Counted from the stretch's first letter, positions 1-13,119 are shown. The stretch is 64,000 nt of DNA from Mytilus edulis (GCF_963676685.1 NC_092350.1:10106001-10170000); one strand, 5' to 3'. Translations and numbers: made by a program. Notes: generated from the sequence alone by a model not told the origin.

Positions 1-2059
1 AGATCACTCAGTACTTACCTTTAAAAATTGTACTTTATCATCTGTAGAGCATGTTCCAATGACATGACATCCAGCTCTCTTGGCCCATTGTACCTACAAA
101 GGGAGATCACTCAGTTCTTACCTTTAAAAATTGTACTTTATCATCTGTAGAGCATGTTCCAATGACATGACATCCAGCTCTATTGGCCCATTGTACCTAC
201 AAAGGGAGATCACTCAGTTCTTACCTTTAAAAATTGTACTTTATCATCTGTAGAGCATGTTCCAATGACATGACATCCAGCTCTCTTGGCCCATTGTACC
301 TACAAAGGGAGATCACTCAGTTCTTACCTTTAAAAATTGTACTTTATCATCTGTAGAGCATGTTCCAATGACATGACATCCAGCTCTCTTGGCCCATTGT
401 ACCTACAAAGGGAGATCACTCAGTACTTACCTTTAAAAATTGTACTTTATCATCTGTAGAGCATGTTCCAATGACATGACATCCAGCTCTCTTGGTCCAG
501 TGTACCTACAAAGGGAGATCACTCAGTTCTTACCTTTAAAAATTGTACTTTATCATCTGTAGAGCATGTTCCAATGACATGACATCCAGCTCTATTGGCC
601 CATTGTACCTACAAAGGGAGATCACTCAGTTCTTACCTTTAAAAATTGTACTTTATCATCTGTAGAGCATGTTCCAATGACATGACATCCAGCTCTCTTG
701 GCCCATTGTACCTACAAAGGGAGATCACTCAGTTCTTACCTTTAAAAATTGTACTTTATCATCTGTAGAGCATGTTCCAATGACATGACATCCAGCTCTC
801 TTGGCCCATTGTACCTACAAAGGGAGATCACTCAGTACTTACCTTTAAAAATTGTACTTTATCATCTGTAGAGCATGTTCCAATGACATGACATCCAGCT
901 CTATTGGCCCAGTGTACCTACAAAGGGAGATCACTCAGTTCTTACCTTTAAAAATTGTACTTTATCATCTGTAGAGCATGTTCCAATGACATGACATCCA
1001 GCTCTCTTGGCCCATTGTACCTACAAAGGGAGATTACTCAGTACTTACCTTAAAAAATTGTACTTTATCATCTGTAGAGCATGTTCCAATGACATGACAT
1101 CCAGCTCTATTGGCCCAGTGTACCTACAAAGGGAGATCACTCAGTTCTTACCTTTAAAAATTGTACTTTATCATCTGTGGAGCATGTTCCAATGACATGA
1201 CATCCAGCTCTCTTGGCCCATTGTACCTACAAAGGGAGATCACTCAGTTCTTACCTTTAAAAATTGTACTTTATCATCTGTAGAGCATGTTCCAATGACA
1301 TGACATCCAGCTCTCTTGGTCCATTGTACCTACAAAGGGAGATCACTCAGTTCTTACCTTTAAAAATTGTACTTTATCATCTGTAGAGCATGTTCCAATG
1401 ACATGACATCCAGCTCTCTTGGCCCATTGTACCTACAAAGGGAGATCACTCAGTTCTTACCTTTAAAAATTGTACTTTATCATCTGTAGAGCATGTTCCA
1501 ATGACATGACATCCAGCTCTCTTGGTCCATTGTACCTATAAAGGGAGATCACTCAGTTCTTACCTTTAAAAATTGTACTTTATCATCTGTAGAGCATGTT
1601 CCATTGACATGACATCCAGCTCTCTTGGTCCATTGTACCTACAAAGGGAGATCACTCAGTTCTTACCTTTAAAAATTGTACTTTATCATCTGTAGAGCAT
1701 GTTCCAATGACATGACATCCAGCTCTCTTGGTCCATTGTACCTACAAAGGGAGATCACTCAGTTCTTACCTTTAAAAATTGTACTTTATCATCTGTAGAG
1801 CATGTTCCAATGACATGACATCCAGCTCTCTTGGCCCATTGTACCTACAAAGGGAGATCACTCAGTTCTTACCCTTAAAAATTGTACTTTATCATCTGTA
1901 GAACATGTTCCAATGACATGACATCCAGCTCTCTTGGTCCATTGTACCTACAAAGGGAGATCACTCAATTCTTACCCTTAAAAATTGTACTTTATCATCT
2001 GTAGAGCATGTTCCAATGACATGACATCCAGCTCTTTTGGCCCATTGTACCTACAAGGG
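1..2059 (-). repeat. 103-bp tandem array, 20 copies in window; each unit = 75-nt PTGR3 exon 7 + 28-nt GT..AG spacer
   Basis: Units start at 1, 104 ... 1958 (exact 103 period); minus-strand spacer gtaagaactgagtgatctccctttgtag. Confidence 0.95.
1976..2050 (-). CDS. PTGR3: PTGR3 exon 7 (first copy in transcript order; gene continues beyond the left edge)
   Basis: cttgtag| VQWAKRAGCHVIGTCSTDDKVQFLR |gtaaga; matches the ZADH2 CHVIGTCS segment. Which of the 20 copies is actually used cannot be seen from sequence. Confidence 0.75.
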
Positions 2060-2708
2060 AGATAACTCTGGTAACAATCACAATCAGTCCTGCACAATAT
2101 TTATATGCAATTATATATTGAATTCCATTGAAAATTTAATATAGCTTTTCTATTATCAGCCTTAGATGGGAAACTTAATAGGTATTGAGTGGTAGGGATG
2201 AGCCTCTGGGATAAGTCAATATCTTTATTTTTGCTAAGATATGATATCGGCAAGAAAGGTAGCTGATTAAATTGTAACTATCTGATTCTACTGTATATGT
2301 CAGACATTTTTTTAATCAATTTTTATTCCATGAAAAAGACTAATCTCAATCTAAAAAAAATCCTATATTTTCTTATAAAGCCAATTAAAATCTTTAATTT
2401 TACTTTTTTTTAAAATAAAATCATGGAACTTTTTTTCCAATAAAATCATGGAGTAAACATCTTTAGTAAAAGATGGTTGCTTTCACTGAGTTTTTAAACA
2501 TTTTTTGTTTATGTTCATGTATAACATCAAACAATACAATTATATTTCTTAACATACTAATAAAAATATTTTAGTTGAATTTATTTGTTTTTGTTCACAA
2601 TTGTGTCAAGCTTTCAGTTTCTGTATTTTAAAGTTTTGACTCTGAATGCATCCCAAATCATTTTTCCACAAAAACATGAGTAAAATGTTATTGTACTAAA
2701 CTACTCAC

Positions 2709-2737
2709 AGCAAACTGTCCAGTGCCCCCTGCAGCAG
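2709..2737 (-). CDS. PTGR3: PTGR3 exon 6 (NADPH-binding AAAGGTG motif)
   Basis: tttcag| (A)AAGGTGQFA |gtgagt; 29 nt, phases consistent with both neighbours. Confidence 0.88.
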
Positions 2738-3240
2738 CTGAAATAAAATATACATAATCATTTTTACATCCTTTTCGATATCATGTTGACATTGCTCCTT
2801 TCTGATATTTCTCATGTAAGTAAAAGAAGTTAAAGTGGCAAGTAAAACATAATAGTTATTCTAAATACTCCTGATATTACTCAAAGGGCATTAGATTAAA
2901 GAAACACAATATTTGGTAACTATCAATAGGAATGAAATGAGAATTCTCACAAATCCATTTCAGCATTTTCAATGTAACCATCTTTAATCTGAATTTCTTG
3001 ATGGAAAATATGATTTATATGATTGATTTTTGTTTGATTAACATTCAGAGGCATCAGTTAATGGATTTAGTGGAGTTACTTGTATCATGAAATGGCTGCT
3101 TTTATTAATTTGAATAATTAGACTGGGTAAGTATCACAATAATGACATGCATCGTAATAATAAGTCTCAAATTTCTGATTTCAATTTCACAGAACTTTAA
3201 TACCCACACAGTAATTTCTAAACTAAGAGTTCTTTAATAC

Positions 3241-3280
3241 CTGTAACAAGAACTGTTTCTCCAGCTTTTAACTCTCCATA
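3241..3280 (-). CDS. PTGR3: PTGR3 exon 5
   Basis: tttcag| YGELKAGETVLVT+G |gtatta; 40 nt. Confidence 0.88.
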
Positions 3281-4534
3281 CTGAAATTGATTAAAATAAA
3301 TCAGTTAGTGCTGTTAAACAAAAGAATGCAATTTGACCTACTATCAAGTTAATTAATTCAAATGAAATGTTTAATTGTTGATAACTGATATGCCTTAATC
3401 CTCCATAGAATGATGTATTTTTCCATATGAGAACACAAAAAAAGGTCTAATCTAACAAGCCATATATAATGTATGGATTCATTTATTTATATACTCTGTA
3501 ATAGATTTAGCCCAAGAAACCCACCCACTACATGTAATAATAATTAATCAGTTACTGTTTTAACTTTGGTATCTTGTACAGTTTATGTCACTGTGCAGAA
3601 CAATGTCAACAAATATATCACACTAGTTTCCTCCTCTCCATTTTAAAGGTGAAACTTCAATATCATTGATATGATGTTAACAGTACAATCAATTGCTAAG
3701 GGGAGATAATCAACTATTCTGACTGATTAAACAAAAGTTAGCTCCACTGGCATACACCACATCACCCGTATAATTGGGACAAGCTTAAGTGACTTGATCG
3801 CATAGTTTTTTTTTCTGTTTAGTTACAAAGGTAGGATTCTTTTCTGTTATGATTTTAAACACTAAAACAGTAATATTGTCTGATACAATCTGGCTTTATA
3901 AAGTTGTACTTGGATCATGTGACTCCAAACTTATTAGGGAAATATTAATCTTCCTGTTATCCAATGTGACGGTTTATCAAAGTAAGGCTGCAGTTCCAAA
4001 ATCAGTATTTGATTTAACACCCCGAAACCACTGTTTTCCTAAAATTTTGCTCTATTTTCGGTACATTTGACATTGACCTTAAACAACGTAAAATCAATTG
4101 GGATATTTTGCTCATTATATTTGACCTTTTACCCAAGTAATGCTGATATCCCATATGAAGTATTTGATTCAGCACTCTAAATCCATATTATATTTGAGGA
4201 GCAGATTTCTCTGTGCCTATTCAAGTTTTATATTTGTATCTTGCTATTTTAATCTTGTGGGTGAAACATGAATTACTGTAAATTCATAAATTATTGAGAG
4301 GATTTTATTGATACAAATAATACGGCGGAATGAGTCACAAAATATTAAGACCTTACATTCATAAATAAAAATATTTTCCTGAAATTGTAAGTACAGGCAA
4401 TTATTTCTGAACTTAACAGTATTTGAGTTAGCATTCCGAAACAAATCTCACTGACATACTGACAGTCCTAAATATATATAAGTCCTCCCGGCTTCTTTGA
4501 AGTGTTTTTGCAGCAATAGTTGAAATTTAGTTAC

Positions 4535-4633
4535 CTTATCTAAAGCAATGGCAGCAGTGGCTCCACTAACTTGTAAAGGGAGATAATCAGCTGACACTCT
4601 TGGTAATTTGAGCAAATTTCTCTCTGAGATATT
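4535..4633 (-). CDS. PTGR3: PTGR3 exon 4
   Basis: tttcag| NISERNLLKLPRVSADYLPLQVSGATAAIALDK |gtaact; 99 nt. Confidence 0.88.
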
Positions 4634-4767
4634 CTGAAAAATGAGTATTAAACAAAATAAATACTACTTTAACTCAAAAAAATTTGTCAAAATATTTTGA
4701 CAGTAGAAAAATCTAGATTTATCACTTTCCCTAACTTTAACAAATAATTGCTCATTAGACTTCCTAG

Positions 4768-5158
4768 AAACTAGAGGCTCTAAAGAGCCTGTGTCGCTCA
4801 CCTTGGTATATATGTGAATATTAAACAAAAGAAACAGATGGATTCATGACAAAATTGTGGTTTGGTGATGGTGATGTGTTTGTACATCTTACTTTACTGA
4901 ACATTCTTGCTGCTTACAATTATCTCTATCTATAATGAACTTGGCCCAATGAAAATTGTTAAAAATTGACTATAAAGGACATTAACTCCTTAGGGGGTCA
5001 ATTGACCATTTCAGTCATGTTGACTTATTTGTAAATCTTACTGTGCTGAACATTATTGCTTTTTACAGGTTATCTCTATCTCTACTAGTATTCAAGATAA
5101 TAACCAAAAACAGCAAAATATCCTTAAAATTACCAATTTAGGGGCAGGTGAGCTAAAA
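4768..5158 (-). mobile_element. Non-autonomous Helentron-like (HINE/DINE-1 type) element, internally deleted
   Basis: Subterminal inverted repeats gctcacct/aggtgagc and terminal hairpin aggctc-taaa-gagcct; same family as 61177-62045 in opposite orientation. Confidence 0.65.
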
Positions 5159-5659
5159 AGAGTGGTACATTCAAATCTTACATTCACAACAGCAAAATAT
5201 ATTCAGCAAATTAGTATCTTCAAATCTAAACAAAGCTTCTTTCATATTTTCTTCGGTAATAAAATAGTTTAGTATGATTTTGTTCTGTATTACAAATGCA
5301 TTATTTTTTTTAAAACACAATTTCAAATTAATTTTATTTCCCAATCATGTAGTTGTAAATGCATGCATCTGATGTTCAATAGTTGTCGTTTGTTGATGTG
5401 GTTCCTAAGTGTTTTTCTTTTTTATATATAGATTAGACCTTTGGTTTTCCCATTTGAATGGTTTTACACTAGTAATTTTTTTATGGGCCCTTTATAGCTT
5501 GCTGTTCTGTGTGAGCCAAGGCTCCGTATTGAAGACCGTACCTTGAACTATAACGGTTTAGTTTTATAAATTGTGATTTGGATGGAGAGTTGTCTCATTG
5601 GCACTCATACCACATCTTCCTATATCTAATTAATACTCAAACTGAAATAACCATTTTAC

Positions 5660-5755
5660 TTTGTATTCACTAAAAGCACCAAATTGTGAATAAGTAACTG
5701 GCTGGCCAATTCTGAGAGAAGCTCCAGGTCCAACGGCTGCCACTTCACCTACAGC
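5660..5755 (-). CDS. PTGR3: PTGR3 exon 3
   Basis: ttgcag| AVGEVAAVGPGASLRIGQPVTYSQFGAFSEYK |gtaaaa; 96 nt, in frame. Confidence 0.9.
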
Positions 5756-6950
5756 CTGCAAAATAACAGGATTATAGTGAAATACAGTCATCACCTGCAG
5801 CCTGGAAAATAAAGGATTACAGTAAAATGTAGTCATCACCTACAGCCTGCAAAATAACAGGATTATAGTGAAATATAGTCATCACCTACAGCCTCTAAAA
5901 TCACAGGATTATAGTGAAATACAGTCATCACCTGCAGCCTGCAAAATAAAGGATTATAGTAAAATGTAGTCATCACCTACAGCCTGCAAAATAACAGGAT
6001 TATAGTGAAATACAGTCATCACCTACAGCCTGCAAAATAACAGGATTATAGTGAAATACAGTCATCACCTACAGCCTGCAAAATAACAGGATTATAGTAA
6101 AATATAGTCATAACATGCAGCCTGGAAAATAACAGGATTATAGTGAAATACAGTCATCACATGCAGCCTGCAAAATAACAGTATTATAGTAAAATATAGT
6201 CATCACATGCAGCCTGGAAAATAACAAGATTATAGTGAAATACAGTCATCACATGCAGCCTGCAAAATAACAGGATTATAGTGAAATACAGTCATCACCT
6301 GCAGCCTGCAAAATAACAGGATTATAGTAAAATATAGTCATCACATGCAGCCTGGAAAATAACAGGATTATAGTGAAATACAGTCATCACCTGCAGCCTG
6401 CAAAATAACAGTATTATAGTAAAATATAGTCATCACATGCAGCCTGGAAAATAACAAGATTATAGTGAAATACAGTCATCACATGCAGCCTGCAAAATAA
6501 CAGGATTATAGTGAAATATCATCACCTACAGCCTGGAAAATAACAGGATTATAGTAAAATATAGTCATCACCTACAGCTTGAAAAATCAAAGAGTATAGT
6601 GAAATACAGTCATCACATGCAGCCTGGAAAATAAAGGATTATAGTAAAATATAGTCATCACCTACAGCTTGAAAAATCAAAGAGTATAGTGAAATACAGT
6701 CATCACATGCAGCCTGGAAAATAAAGGATTATAGTAAAATACAGTCATCACATGCAGCCTGGAAAATAAAGGATTATAGTAAAATATAGTCATCACCTGC
6801 AGCCTGGAAAATAAAAGATTATAGTAAAATGTAGTCATCACCTACAGCTTGAAAAATCAAGGAGTATAGTTAAATATGGTCAACACATAAGGCCTGCAAA
6901 ATAAAGGATTGCAGTAAAATAAAATCATCAGTACAGCCTGAAAAATGAAG
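5746..6950 (-). repeat. 46-bp minisatellite, ~26 copies, made of the PTGR3 exon 3 acceptor + first ~10 exon nt
   Basis: Minus-strand unit atgactgtatttcactataatcctgttattttgcag|gctgtaggtg; copies degrade away from the exon. Confidence 0.93.
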
Positions 6951-7506
6951 GACAATCTAAAAAGTTATTATTATACATGTATATTAAAGTTAACCCAAAA
7001 ATAATCATATAGACTTCAATTCATAGCATTATACACCTTATCACAATTGAGTCCAATCGGGAAAAAACAGTCATTTTAAAAACTACCTGTTTGGGTCAAA
7101 AGTTAAGCAAAAAAAAGGTCATCAGTAAAGAGCTGAGAGAGGAAAAAATTTAGAAAGAGATCTCAAGAAACTTTGATGGAGAATGATCCACTTTTTCAAA
7201 AAAGTATTTTGTTTGAAGTGTTTAGATGGTTTAAACAGGTCTCATCAAAAAGTATCATGAATGGTGCATTGTTTAAACAGGGTCCCAGATAATTTCAACT
7301 CATGAACTGAATGAAAAAGTTGTGTAATTTTAGATCTAACACTGAATGGATGTAGCAATTAGGTGTATCAAACACTAGTTTTTGGTCAGACAATCTTAAA
7401 ATGACAACTCATACATGTATGGCACTTAACAGTTTTTGAAAAGAAAACAAGAGAAAGATATGCTTATTACAACAGTGAACACAAATTTAGTTTTATCTTT
7501 ACAAAC

Positions 7507-7594
7507 CTCAAATCCGCAATCAAAGGGAGGTTTCACAGTTGTATCATATCTGCCTGCAGTGTAGTTTATATCTGATGCATTTATTCCAACAAAT
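7507..7594 (-). CDS. PTGR3: PTGR3 exon 2
   Basis: ttatag| [29 protein letters not shown] |gtttgt; characteristic ZADH2 GINASD..GRY..PF..GFE motif. Confidence 0.92.
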
Positions 7595-8835
7595 CTATAA
7601 ATAAAAAATGTAAAACATGAACATGTGAGGTTCCTGGAACTCAAAATTTTCACTGAAATAACGAAATTGATAGCAGCTTTAATAGATCACTATGAGGTGA
7701 GGGTTTGGGTCATTGTTGAAGGCCATACACTACAGTAAATTAAAGTTGTTAACTTCTATGCCATTTGATCTATGTTGGGGAGTTGTCTCATTGGCAATCA
7801 TACCAAATCTTATTATTTTTATAATCAAGATTAACTTTGTTAACAGTTGTGTAATCTCAATGAACAATCCTTTCATAAAAAAAAATTAAAAAAAAGTATG
7901 ATTGACAATGAGATAATAGTTTATCAGGTTGGGAAGATCTCAAAACATGGTCAATATCCCCATTTATTAATATAATACCTCAAATATGGTCTTACAGTTT
8001 TTTTTGTTTTTTGTTTGGTCCTCTGCTTGAACATGTACAGAATATATTTTTTTTCATCAATTTGGGAATCAGAATATATTTTTTTAGAAAAATACCATAC
8101 CCACTCCTGCCTTTTAAAGTTCAATGATTGTTCTATCTGAACTTATTATTTTGTTTTAGACAAAAATTATATGTAGAACATTCATCCTGGACATGCATGA
8201 ACTATTTGCCACTGGATGTTAAGCAACCAACAATCAATCAAAATTTAGGACATAGTCTTGGTATAAAGCTGGCATTTACGGTAGCGTCTTTCTCATATTA
8301 CATTCAATTTCTTAAATCTTCAATTCTAAAGTTCCGTGTTTTCATGTTTCAGTCAGATTTTTAACACGTGAAGCGCTTAAACGCCATCAATCAAAATTAT
8401 TTAGTCAAAATATTACACTAGAAGGTATGGGGAAAATCTTAATTCAGAATTTTTTTTTTATCCTCTGCTTGATCAGAGTATTTTTTTCTCTCATCAATTT
8501 GGGAATTAAAATATGTTTATAAGAAAATACTAGTACAAAAAATTATGACGTCTAGGAAGGCTATTTTAAATTTTTGCTTTGATACTTTCTTGCCACTTGT
8601 CAAAGCAAAAAAAATACAGTATCCCCTCCTGCCATTTGAACATGTGGAAGTTTAATGATCTTTCCCTAAACATTTTCCATCTGAACTTATTGTTTCATTT
8701 TAGACAAAACTATATGTAGGACATTCAGCCTGAATATGCATGAAATATTTGCCACTGGACATTAAGCAACCAACATTGTTGAACAATCAATCAATATATT
8801 CAACATAGTCTTGGTATAAAGCTGGCTTTTAAGAA

Positions 8836-8975
8836 AGTCCAAATAATTATGACGTCTTGGAACGCTATTTTAAATTTTTGCTTTTACGCCTTCATGGGAC
8901 GATGTAAGCGTTACAGTAAGGCGTCAAAGAATAAAATTATAATAGCCTTTCAAAATGTCATTATTATTTGGACTA
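8836..8975. mobile_element. Palindromic MITE (TIR agtccaaataattatgacgtc)
   Basis: Ends agtccaaataa...ttatttggact; the same family forms the outer layer at 51537-53056. Confidence 0.65.
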
Positions 8976-9081
8976 GAGTTTAAGGTAGGGCCTTCCTCGT
9001 ATTATAGAAAATCTCATAGAGTTTTATTGTCATTTGATTTTGTAAATAAAATATAGGGAAGAGACGTTTTAAATTAAACAC

Positions 9082-9218
9082 CTGTTTTTCACAAGAACTT
9101 CACCAGCTCCAGGATTTGGCAAACTTTCTTGCGTAATTTTGACAACATCACGGAATTTCTGACTTATTTTTGTTACAACGAGTTTCCTCATCGTAGAAGG
9201 TAACTGTCTAGATGCCAT
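9082..9218 (-). CDS. PTGR3: Prostaglandin reductase 3 / ZADH2-like MDR oxidoreductase, coding exon 1
   Basis: ATG at 9218; MASRQLPSTMRKLVVTKISQKFRDVVKITQESLPNPGAGEVLVKN(R); donor AG|gtgttt; phase 2 joins exon 2. Confidence 0.9.
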
Positions 9219-9508
9219 TTTTTGAAAGTTGATTTTGCAATATAATTTTATATGCACTATTTCAGCAAAGTTTAGGTTCAAAGTCCGTCTGCAAATTTTG
9301 GAGTTATCTGCCCTTGTCCTATTTGCTTACGTTTTTAAAAAAAAATGACAAACATTTTCTTTATATTTGATAATGGTATTGAATTCAAAAAAATATTCAA
9401 TATTTACTTGAATAATGCTAATGGTGTATGTTTTTTCAAAATTTAAGATAATATGAGGTTATATAGAATACAAATTATTGGGGATGTAGGAGGCTTATTT
9501 TTAACAAA
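9219..9508. promoter_or_regulatory. Putative bidirectional promoter between PTGR3 and NRM
   Basis: Only 290 bp separate the divergent start codons (9218 minus, 9509 plus). Confidence 0.65.
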
Positions 9509-9629
9509 ATGTTGCAGACTACTATGTTTCTCCTGTTTGGTATATTCTCCTTTACATTGTTAGCAGGAACAACTTTCAAGCTTGTCAGGTTTCTTTCCAC
9601 ACAACCTGATCAAGAATATGTTATTAAAG
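9509..9629 (+). CDS. NRM: Nurim (nuclear envelope membrane protein) exon 1
   Basis: aaaATG; MLQTTMFLLFGIFSFTLLAGTTFKLVRFLSTQPDQEYVIK+G |gtacat; hydrophobic N-terminus ending in VRF, as in nurim. Confidence 0.82.
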
Positions 9630-11420
9630 GTACATTAAAAAAGACTGACTGGGCGTTGTCAGTTTGTTTTAGATTTATGAGTTTGACTGTCCCTTTGGTA
9701 TCTTTCGTCCCTCTTTTATAGAAATAGATTGTTATAACTTTATATATGAAGTTATTTTAAAGCTACATAATTTGTAGGAGTGCCTCAAGTACCCAGCTGG
9801 GATCGCAGACTTAGCTCATATTGGATAAGACCAACTGCTGTTGCGTTGTAAATTGGTGGTGGGTACGCAAGGCTGTGTTGATATCCTTTTATATACCAGT
9901 ATCTTGAACATGCAATACTCCTTATCGCTAATCCCGGCTGACCCGGCCCCTTGAACTTTTGACGCATACAACAATAACTTTTCCATTACCTTACCTTACC
10001 AGGAAATCTTTCTCCATCCACTTCGGGACAACTTCATTTGAGTAATCAATATTCCACCACCACATCTATTTACACTATTTTACACACATTATCGGTAATT
10101 ATATATTACACTTGAGTACGGAGATATCGGTGTTTCATATTATCCTCCATGTATCACTGAATTAGCAATGTTTAAAATAATTTCAACATTATACGAGTAT
10201 ATATATACAGTACACTATTTGACATTGTGGCGTTAGATATTTTGTATTGTGACGTCAAAGTTTTACCATGTTTACGGGAACCTGTGTGATATCCAGTAAT
10301 GGTTGACAAATAGCGATAAGGTGTATTGATTATAGGCGAAATTAGGCCTAAAAAAAAATGTTGTGTTTCCGGTCACCCGACCGACCGTCCTTTAGACCCC
10401 CGACTCAAAAGTTTTTAAAGCTGATGTGGGAAAAAAATAATTTGTATACATACCGACCGTTTTTTCTGAAAGAAAATAAAAAATTCTAAGTCCCTCGATC
10501 TTTTTATCGCCCCAAAAGAAAACAACGCTAATTTTAAACTCGAGGCTTATTTTTAGAATGTACAGGAGAGTGGAATCTTTTGGCTAATTATATATGCAGG
10601 AGCATGCGCATTAGTTATTTTCGTTTGTCAGTGTTTGAACATGGCAAGTTCCAACACAACGCGTCCTATTCAATGTTCAACGCGGAAAGTGTGACCATTT
10701 CACGGAGAAACAAATATTTCTAAATTTTACAGAAAGTAACACCTTTTTTGACATTAGCAATGAAATTCATCCAATGTCTAACATCGATGAAAAAAAATAC
10801 ACAACACAAATTTTGTGCTCGGCCACCGGCAAAAATGACTGGACCGAGATTGATGACAATAACACAACTGTTGGAACAATGCAATCTTTTGGAATTAAAT
10901 TTATCAAATTTTCATGCCAGACCCTTCTTCAAAATGAAGCTGATATTAATCCATCTGAAACTGGTCAGCCAATCAATGCTTTAGATATTCTGATGAAAAG
11001 CCACAGATGCTTTGCCAAAAGAAAGTGTCCTGCCAGGTACAGTGTATCTATAATACTAAAATTACGAGGTCCAATTTGTCAGCCGTCATCACGTAAAAAC
11101 GACGAATCAAAGAATTCATCTTTATATATAACTAATATAGTACAAAGGTGTAGATTAAAAATTACACCACTCCAGGCCCTTTTGTTTTCCACGTAATTAA
11201 TATTGCCAATAATTAAGAAGTTCCGGGTCAAGTCCGATACCGATACCAATAGTATATTCACCTGTTACCTATTACCTGATCTGTACGTTCCGCATCTGAC
11301 AGGCGCACCACCAAACGGTGTATTCAGGATTAATATGCTATATACACGGGTCATAATCACAGGGTTGACACTACTAAATTGTCAAATTGTTACCTATTGT
11401 AGTATTTTAATCAGTAAGAC

Positions 11421-11580
11421 CAGAGGCGGATTTAAGGGGGGGGGGGCAGGGGGCTGGGCCCCCCTTTTGGGAAACAATTTGGTTGATTATATAGGGAATC
11501 ATTGAAGCGTGACTAGAGCAGGGCCCCTCTTAGGTCAGTCAGTGGGCCCCCACTTATGTAAATTTCTGGATCCGCCACTG
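11421..11580. mobile_element. CAG(T/A)GGCGGA-type MITE
   Basis: TIR cagaggcgga / tccgccactg with AAGAC duplicated on both sides; further copies at 38714-38847 and 49964-50100. Confidence 0.75.
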
Positions 11581-11601
11581 AAGACTTTCTAAGATAACAA
11601 T

Positions 11602-13119
11602 CAGGGATGGGGTAATTGAAAATGTAATGGTAATTAAGTGTAATGCATTACAATTTTCCATGTAATTGAATGTAATGTGTAATTGAGTATTTTTTTAATT
11701 ACATGTAATGGTAATTTAATTAATTACATTGAAAAAAGCATGTAATGCTCAATTACTTTTGAATTACATTTCAATTACATGTACTTTATTGGGGTTAAAG
11801 ATAAGGACTTGCGTTTAATAATATAAATTGTAAAATTATATTTATTTTTCAAATATTGATATCACATACTTTTTTAATATATGAAGTCTGTAATTCATTC
11901 GGAAGTTTTTATATTATTTATTTGACCTACATTCATGACAGAATTATTTTGAATAGTCTTATAACTAAAAAAAAAATGAGGATCAAATATTTGTGTTGTT
12001 CAGTTTTTAAGAAAGATCTTTTAACTAAATAGATTGATAAGTAATTAATCACATTGTAAAACAAAAACAAAAAAATGTGTCACTTTGAAAAATCTTTCCT
12101 AGATACTTCATTTAGAATTTAAAATCACTGCACACAATCATTTTGTCAAATTAGTACACACAAAAGGATTATAGAAATAAAAATTAACAGCTGCGAAAAC
12201 AAACAGCAACTAATCAGATTAAAATGTCCAGGGGCAATGCCACTATTACATGTATTTCATCTAATTAGCAAAATATTTCTAATATTTAGACATTATATAC
12301 ATTGTTTGTACTAAACATTATTTTCAATATTGTGACAAGCACACTTTTTAATATTTTTAAAGTAAAAAAAATTATTTTTAATTTATTTATAATTTCTTCA
12401 TTGAATTATGTTTAATTTAAATGACTTCACTTGATGTCAAAAGGTAAACGGACAGGAAGTCACAGGACAAAAAGTCACAGGACATAAAGTCACAAATTTG
12501 GTAGGACAAAAAGTCACAAATAATTTGTTGACAATTGTTTGAATATATAAGAGAAATATCTTGAAATATTTACTTTTAAATACATATATTCATACTAAAG
12601 TTTAGGAAATGTGTCGTTATACCTGAAAAATCAAGGTTTTTTTAATTTTAATCATGCAAAAGATATATTTCTTGGCACTATGAAGCCATTTAAGTGACAA
12701 CCCACTTTGACTTGATGTATTGACAAGTTAATGGGAACAAATTCCCTCTCCTATCAATATGATGATCTTCTGATCAAGCAATATCTGCCAAATATGTTCC
12801 TATCAAAAGACTATTTAGAATTGCTGTCCAAGTGTTCAGACCAGAGAGATTCAGACTAAATAACAAAACATTAAAATAACTAATGATTATCAATTGCAAC
12901 GCTTAAACTATGCTTACATGAATATTTTACACATGCATGTATAATATTGTTAAAAAATATGATGAAATGTAATGTGTAATTTAATTAATTACTTTAGTAA
13001 AGTAATTGTTATTTAATTAATTACATTTCAAAAACTGTGTAATTAGTGTAATTGATCATTTTTGCAATGTAATGTGTAATTTAATTAATTACATTCCAAT
13101 GTAATTGACCCCAAGTCTG
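11602..13119. mobile_element. Non-autonomous hAT element
   Basis: Ends CAGGGATGGGGT / ACCCCAAGTCTG; perfect 8-bp TSD ATAACAAT; subterminal GTAAT repeats. Confidence 0.85.

Noticed and set aside
1-2059. CRISPR-like array, or plus-strand ORF 1007-1195
   Set aside because: No unique spacers and a eukaryotic context; the ORF is the antisense reading of the exon array.
8015-8830. Local ~250-bp diverged duplication in PTGR3 intron 1
   Set aside because: Real, but includes no exon or splice site; an ordinary intronic duplication.
9800-9880. tRNA-like A-box (TAGCTCATATTGG)
   Set aside because: No B-box or cloverleaf; at most a decayed SINE head.
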